A stretch of 64,000 nt of DNA from Eledone cirrhosa (taxonomy: Eukaryota). The notes under the pieces are model-generated. The model was not told where the DNA came from. It saw only the letters and a list, made by a program, of their open reading frames with translations, and searched no databases. The position numbers were made by a program, and so were the translations under genes. Location of the stretch: positions 340,628,001 through 340,692,000 of the forward strand of contig OZ024741.1 of the NCBI GenBank assembly GCA_964016885.1. The letters are read 5' to 3'. Positions 56,801-64,000 of the stretch are shown here, piece by piece; position 1 is the stretch's first letter, and each line of letters starts with the position of its first letter.

Positions 56801-59800
56801 GCTATCACCTACAGTAATGCTGTGAGTATCTTGACTGTTCCACACCTCAGCCTCTCTATCACCTACAGTAATGCTGTGAGTATCTTGACTGTTCCACACC
56901 TCAGCCTCGCTATCACCTACAGTAATGCAGTGAGTATCTTGACTGTTCCACACCTCAGCCTCGCTATCACCTACAGTAATGCTGTGAGTATCTTGACTGT
57001 TCCACACCTCAGCCTCGCTATCACCTTCAGTAATACTGTGAGGGTCTTGACTGTTCCACACCTCAGCCTCTCTATCACCTACAGTAATGCTGTGAGTATC
57101 TTGACTGTTCCACACCTCAGCCTCGCTATCACCTACAGTAATGCTGTGAGGGTCTTGACTGTTCCACACCTCAGCCTCTCTATCACCTACAGTAATGCTG
57201 TGAGTATCTTGACTGTTCCACACCTCAGCCTCGCTATCACCTACGATAATGCTGTGAGTATCTTGACTGTTCCACACCTCAGCCTCGCTATCACCTACGA
57301 TAATGCTGTGAGTATCTTGACTGTTCCACACCTCAGCCTCGCTATCACCTACGATAATGCTGTGAGTATCTTGACTGTTCCACACCTCAGCCTCGCTATC
57401 ACCTACAGTGATACTGTGAGGGTCTTGACTGTTCCACACCTCAGCCTCTCTATCACCTACAGTAATGCTGTGAGTATCTTGACTGTTCCACACCTCAGCC
57501 TCGCTATCACCTACAGTAATGCTGTGAGGGTCTTGACTGTTCCACACCTCAGCCTCTCTATCACCTACAGTAATGCTGTGAGTATCTTGACTGTTCCACA
57601 CCTCAGCCTCTCTATCACCTACAGTAATGTTGTGAGTATCTTGACTGTTCCACACCTCAGCCTCTCTATCACCTACAGTAATTCTGTGAGTATCTTGACT
57701 GTTCCACACCTCAGCCTCGCTATCACCTACGATAATGCTGTGAGTATCTTGACTGTTCCACACCTCAGCCTCGCTATCACCTACGATAATGCTGTGAGTA
57801 TCTTGACTGTTCCACACCTCAGCCTCGCTATCACCTACAGTAATGCTGTGAGTATCTTGACTGTTCCACACCTCAGGCTCGCTATCACCCACAGTAATGC
57901 TGTGAGTATCTTGACTGTTCCACACCTCAGCCTCTCTATCACCTACAGTAATGCTGTGAGTATCTTGACTGTTCCACACCTCAGCCTTGCTATCACCTAC
58001 AGTAATGCTGTGAGTATCTTGACTGTTCCACACCTCAGCCTCTCTATCACCTACAGTAATGCTGTGAGTATCTTGACTGTTCCACACCTCAGCCTCGCTA
58101 TCACCTACAGTAACGCTGTGAGTATCTTGACTGTTCCACACCTCAGCCTCGCTATCACCTACAGTAATGCAGTGAGTATCTTGACTGTTCCACACCTCAG
58201 CCTCTCTATCACCTACAGAACTGCTGTGAGGGTTTGACTGTTCACCACCTCAGCCTCTCTATCACCTACAGTAATGTTGTGAGTATCTTGACTGTTCCAC
58301 ACCTCAGCCTCTCTATCACCTACAGTAATACTGTGAGTATCTTGACTGTTCCAAACCTCAGCCTCGCTATCACCTACAGTAATACTGTGAGTATCTTGAC
58401 TGTTCCAAACCTCAGCCTCGCTATCACCTACAGTAATGCTGTGAGTATCTTGACTGTTCCACACCTCAGCCTCGCTATCACCTACGATAATGCTGTGAGT
58501 ATCTTGACTGTTCCACACCTCAGCCTCGCTATCACCTACAGAACTGCTGTGAGGGTTTGACTGTTCCACACCTCAGCCTCTCTATCACCTACAGTAATGT
58601 TGTGAGTATCTTGACTGTTCCACACCTCAGCCTCTCTATCACCTACAGTAATACTGTGAGTATCTTGACTGTTCCAAACCTCAGCCTCGCTATCACCCAC
58701 AGTAATGCTGTGAGTATCTTGACTGTTCCAAACCTCAGTCTCTCTATCACCTACAGTAATGTTGTGAGTATCTTGACTGTTCCACACCTCAGCCTCTCTA
58801 TCACCTACAGTAATGTTGTGAGGGTCTTGACTGTTCCACACCTCAGCCTCGCTATCTCCCACAGTAATGCTGTGAGTATCTTGACTGTTCCAAACCTCAG
58901 CCTCGCTATCACCAACAGTAATGCTGTGAGTATCTTGACTGTTCCACACCTCAGCCTCGCTATCACCTACAGTAATGCTGTGAGTATCTTGACTGTTCCA
59001 CACCTCAGCCTCTCTATCACCTACAGTAATGCTGTGAGTATCTTGACTGTTCCACACCTCAGCCTCGCTATCACCTACAGTAATGCTGTGAGTATCTTGA
59101 CTGTTCCACACCTCAGCCTCTCTATCACCTACAGTAATGTTGTTAGGGTCTTGACTGTTCCACACCTCAGCCTCGCTATCACCTACAGTAATGCTGTGAG
59201 TATCTTGACTGTTCCACACCTCAGCCTCGCTATCACCTACAGTAATGTCGTGAGGGTCTTGACTGTTCCACACCTCAGCCTCTCTATCACCTACAGTAAT
59301 GTTGTGAGGGTCTTGACTGTTCCACACCTCAGTCTCGCTATCACATACAGTAATGCTGTGAGTATCTTGACTGTTCCACACCTCAGTCTCTCTATCACCT
59401 ACAGAATTGCTGTGAGGGTCTTGACTGTTCGACACCTCAGCCTCGCTATCACCTACAGTAATGCTGTGAGTATCTTGACTGTTCCACACCTCAGCCTCGC
59501 TATCACCTACAGTAATGCTGTGAGTATCTTGACTGTTCCACACCTCAGCCTCTCTATCACCTACAGAACTGCTGTGAGGGTCTTGACTGTTCCACACCTC
59601 AGCCTCTCTATCACCTACAGTAATGCTGTGAGTATCTTGACTGTTCCACACCTCAGCCTCTCTATCACCTACAGTAATGCTGTGAGTATCTTGACTGTTC
59701 CACACCTCAGCCTCGCTATCACCTACAGTAATGCTGTGAGTATCTTGACTGTTCCACACCTCAGCCTCGCTATCACCTACAGTAATGCTGTGAGTATCTT

Positions 59801-62500
59801 GACTGTTCCACACCTCAGCCTCGCTATCACCTACAGTAATGTCGTGAGGGTCTTGACTGTTCCACACCTCAGCTTCTCTATCACCTACAGTAATGTTGTG
59901 AGGGTCTTGACTGTTCCACACCTCAGTCTCGCTATCACATACAGTAATGCTGTGAGTATCTTGACTGTTCTACACCTCAGTCTCTCTATCACCTACAGAA
60001 CTGCTGTGAGGGTCTTGACTGTTCCACACCTCAGCCTCTCTATCACCTACAGTAATGCTGTGAGTATCTTGACTGTTCCACACCTCAGCCTCGCTATCAC
60101 CTACAGTAATGCTGTGAGTATCTTGACTGTTCCACACCTCAGCCTCTCTATCACCTACAGTAATGCTGTGAGTATCTTGACTGTTCCACACCTCAGCCTC
60201 GCTATCACCTACAGTAATGCTGTGAGTATCTTGACTGTTCCACACCTCAGCCTCTCTATCACCTACAGTAATGCTGTGAGTATCTTGACTGTTCCACACC
60301 TCAGCCTCGCTATCACCTACAGTAATGCAGTGAGTATCTTGACTGTTCCACACCTCAGCCTCGCTATCACCTACAGTAATGCTGTGAGTATCTTGACTGT
60401 TCCACACCTCAGCCTCGCTATCACCTTCAGTAATACTGTGAGGGTCTTGACTGTTCCACACCTCAGCCTCTCTATCACCTACAGTAATGCTGTGAGTATC
60501 TTGACTGTTCCACACCTCAGCCTCGCTATCACCTACAGTAATGCTGTGAGGGTCTTGACTGTTCCACACCTCAGCCTCTCTATCACCTACAGTAATGCTG
60601 TGAGTATCTTGACTGTTCCACACCTCAGCCTCGCTATCACCTACGATAATGCTGTGAGTATCTTGACTGTTCCACACCTCAGCCTCGCTATCACCTACGA
60701 TAATGCTGTGAGTATCTTGACTGTTCCACACCTCAGCCTCGCTATCACCTACGATAATGCTGTGAGTATCTTGACTGTTCCACACCTCAGCCTCGCTATC
60801 ACCTACAGTGATACTGTGAGGGTCTTGACTGTTCCACACCTCAGCCTCTCTATCACCTACAGTAATGCTGTGAGTATCTTGACTGTTCCACACCTCAGCC
60901 TCGCTATCACCTACAGTAATGCTGTGAGGGTCTTGACTGTTCCACACCTCAGCCTCTCTATCACCTACAGTAATGCTGTGAGTATCTTGACTGTTCCACA
61001 CCTCAGCCTCTCTATCACCTACAGTAATGTTGTGAGTATCTTGACTGTTCCACACCTCAGCCTCTCTATCACCTACAGTAATTCTGTGAGTATCTTGACT
61101 GTTCCACACCTCAGCCTCGCTATCACCTACGATAATGCTGTGAGTATCTTGACTGTTCCACACCTCAGCCTCGCTATCACCTACGATAATGCTGTGAGTA
61201 TCTTGACTGTTCCACACCTCAGCCTCGCTATCACCTACAGTAATGCTGTGAGTATCTTGACTGTTCCACACCTCAGGCTCGCTATCACCCACAGTAATGC
61301 TGTGAGTATCTTGACTGTTCCACACCTCAGCCTCTCTATCACCTACAGTAATGCTGTGAGTATCTTGACTGTTCCACACCTCAGCCTTGCTATCACCTAC
61401 AGTAATGCTGTGAGTATCTTGACTGTTCCACACCTCAGCCTCTCTATCACCTACAGTAATGCTGTGAGTATCTTGACTGTTCCACACCTCAGCCTCGCTA
61501 TCACCTACAGTAACGCTGTGAGTATCTTGACTGTTCCACACCTCAGCCTCGCTATCACCTACAGTAATGCAGTGAGTATCTTGACTGTTCCACACCTCAG
61601 CCTCTCTATCACCTACAGAACTGCTGTGAGGGTTTGACTGTTCACCACCTCAGCCTCTCTATCACCTACAGTAATGTTGTGAGTATCTTGACTGTTCCAC
61701 ACCTCAGCCTCTCTATCACCTACAGTAATACTGTGAGTATCTTGACTGTTCCAAACCTCAGCCTCGCTATCACCTACAGTAATACTGTGAGTATCTTGAC
61801 TGTTCCAAACCTCAGCCTCGCTATCACCTACAGTAATGCTGTGAGTATCTTGACTGTTCCACACCTCAGCCTCGCTATCACCTACGATAATGCTGTGAGT
61901 ATCTTGACTGTTCCACACCTCAGCCTCGCTATCACCTACAGAACTGCTGTGAGGGTTTGACTGTTCCACACCTCAGCCTCTCTATCACCTACAGTAATGT
62001 TGTGAGTATCTTGACTGTTCCACACCTCAGCCTCTCTATCACCTACAGTAATACTGTGAGTATCTTGACTGTTCCAAACCTCAGCCTCGCTATCACCCAC
62101 AGTAATGCTGTGAGTATCTTGACTGTTCCAAACCTCAGTCTCTCTATCACCTACAGTAATGTTGTGAGTATCTTGACTGTTCCACACCTCAGCCTCTCTA
62201 TCACCTACAGTAATACTGTGAGTATCTTGACTGTTCCAAACCTCAGCCTCGCTATCACCTACAGTAATACTATGAGTATCTTGACTGTTCCAAACCTCAG
62301 CCTCGCTATCACCTACAGTAATGCTGTGAGTATCTTGACTGTTCCACACCTCAGCCTCGCTATCACCTACGATAATGCTGTGAGTATCTTGACTGTTCCA
62401 CAACTCAGCCTCTCTATCACCAACAGTAATGCTGTGAGTATCTTGACTGTTCCACACCTCAGCCTCGCTATCACCTACAGTAATGCTGTGAGGGTCTTGA
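52700..62500. repeat. Three tandem copies of a 3.4-3.8 kb higher-order repeat (71 and 63 monomers, each minus 2 bp)
   Basis: Minus ORFs 52738..54363, 56570..58195 and 59970..61595 have equal length and near-identical translation (offsets 3832 and 3400). Each has the CTCAGGCTC marker and is followed by a pair of 53-bp monomers. Confidence 0.92.
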
Positions 62501-64000
62501 CTGTTCCACACCTCAGCCTCGCTATCTCCCACAGTAATGTTGTGAGTATCTTGACCGTTCCACACCTCAGCCTCTCTATCACCTACAGTAATACTGTGAG
62601 TATCTTGACTGTTCCAAACCTCAGCCTCGCTATCACCTACAGTAATGCTGTGAGTATCTTGACTGTTCCACACCTCAGCCTCGCTATCACCTACGATAAT
62701 GCTGTGAGTATCTTGACTGTTCCACACCTCAGCCTCGCTATCACCTACAGAACTGCTGTGAGGGTTTGACTGTTCCACACCTCAGCCTCTCTATCACCTA
62801 CAGTAATGTTGTGAGTATCTTGACTGTTCCACACCTCAGCCTCTCTATCACCTACAGTAATGCTGTGAGTATCTTGACTGTTCCACACCTCAGACTCGCT
62901 ATCACCTACAGTAATGCTGTGAGTATCTTGACTGTTCCACACCTCAGCCTCTCTATCACCTACAGTAATGCTGTGAGTATCTTGACTGTTCCACACCTCA
63001 GCCTCGCTATCACCTACAGTAATGCTGTGAGTATCTTGACTGTTCCACACCTCAGACTCGCTATCACCTACAGTAATGTTGTGAGTATCTTGACTGTTCC
63101 ACACCTCAGCCTCGCTATCTCCTACAGTAATGCTGTGAGTATCTTGACTGTTCCACACCTCAGCCTCGCTATCACCTACAGTAATGCTATGAGTATCTTG
63201 ACTGTTCCACACCTCAGCCTCGCTATCACCTACAGTAATGCTGTGAGTATCTTGACTGGTCCACACCTCAGCCTCGCTATCACCTACAGTAATGTTGTGA
63301 GGGTCTTGACTGTTCCACACCTCAGCCTCGCTATCACCCACAGTAATGCTGTGAGTATCTTGACTGTTCCACACCTCAGCCTCTCTATCACCTACAGTAA
63401 TGCTGTGAGTATCTTGACTGTTCCACACCTCAGACTCGCTATCACCTACAGTAATTCTGTGAGTATCTTGACTGTTCCACACCTCAGACTCGCTATCACC
63501 TACAGTAATGTTGTGAGTATCTTGACTGTTCCACACCTCAGCCTCTCTATCACCTACAGTAATACTGTGAGTATCTTGACTGTTCCAAACCTCAGCCTCG
63601 CTATCACCTACAGTAATACTATGAGTATCTTGACTGTTCCAAACCTCAGCCTCGCTATCACCTACGATAATGCTGTGAGTATCTTGACTGTTCCACAACT
63701 CAGCCTCTCTATCACCAACAGTAATGCTGTGAGTATCTTGACTGTTCCACACCTCAGCCTCGCTATCACCTACGATAATGCTGTGAGTATCTTGACTGTT
63801 CCACAACTCAGCCTCTCTATCACCAACAGTAATGCTGTGAGTATCTTGACTGTTCCACACCTCAGCCTCGCTATCACCTACAGTAATGCTGTGAGGGTCT
63901 TGACTGTTCCACACCTCAGCCTCGCTATCTCCCACAGTAATGTTGTGAGTATCTTGACCGTTCCACACCTCAGCCTCTCTATCACCTACAGTAATGTTGT

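Larger units (their letters stand above)
1..64000. repeat. 54-bp tandem satellite/minisatellite array, about 1,185 head-to-tail monomers, truncated by both window edges
   Basis: The unit GCTATCACCTACAGTAATGCTGTGAGTATCTTGACTGTTCCACACCTCAGCCTC recurs with period 54 from base 1 to 64000. Monomers differ from it at only a few positions each. ORF translations are pure 18-aa repeats on both strands. Same orientation throughout. Confidence 0.99.

Noticed and set aside
22745-62775. Programmed frameshift or phase-variation sites at the recurring GGGTTTGA junctions
   Set aside because: They are copies of one 1-bp deletion monomer, no gene is evident, and the overlap of successive ORFs comes from the ORF caller accepting TTG starts.
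1-64000. CRISPR array (regular period, partly palindromic core)
   Set aside because: There are no unique spacers: the whole 54-bp unit is conserved. No leader or cas gene is present.
1-64000. Telomeric repeat, G-quadruplex array or CENP-B box
   Set aside because: The G-richer strand has no TTAGGG-like unit and only GG runs in the consensus. The CENP-B box core TTCG----A--CGGG is absent.
1-64000. Rolling-circle or sequencing concatemer artefact, or tandem tRNA/SINE/ncRNA genes
   Set aside because: Variants are hierarchical and shared between blocks rather than random, and indels are rare, which indicates real evolutionary history. No tRNA fold, Pol III A/B boxes, terminal repeats or target-site duplications were seen.

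Overview
The whole 64-kb window is one uninterrupted head-to-tail tandem array of a 54-bp monomer, consensus GCTATCACCTACAGTAATGCTGTGAGTATCTTGACTGTTCCACACCTCAGCCTC (about 1,185 copies; consensus 48% GC; + strand has 17 C vs 9 G). The array runs off both ends. I saw no unique sequence, inversion, insertion, RNA gene or mobile element. It looks like a eukaryotic satellite/minisatellite, but I cannot name the family or organism. The giant ORFs follow from a monomer length divisible by 3 with one stop-free frame per strand, and are probably not genes. The informative signal is in the variants: (i) nested higher-order duplications of 2, 4, 6, 38-80 and about 143 monomers; (ii) regional variant domains, including a CpG-poor one; (iii) a recurrent 53-bp deletion monomer that explains 12 of the 13 frameshifts; (iv) a quasi-palindrome at the most variable part of the monomer. 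I found no evidence for a new protein-coding or defence system. All offsets were read by eye from marker variants, and block boundaries are approximate.
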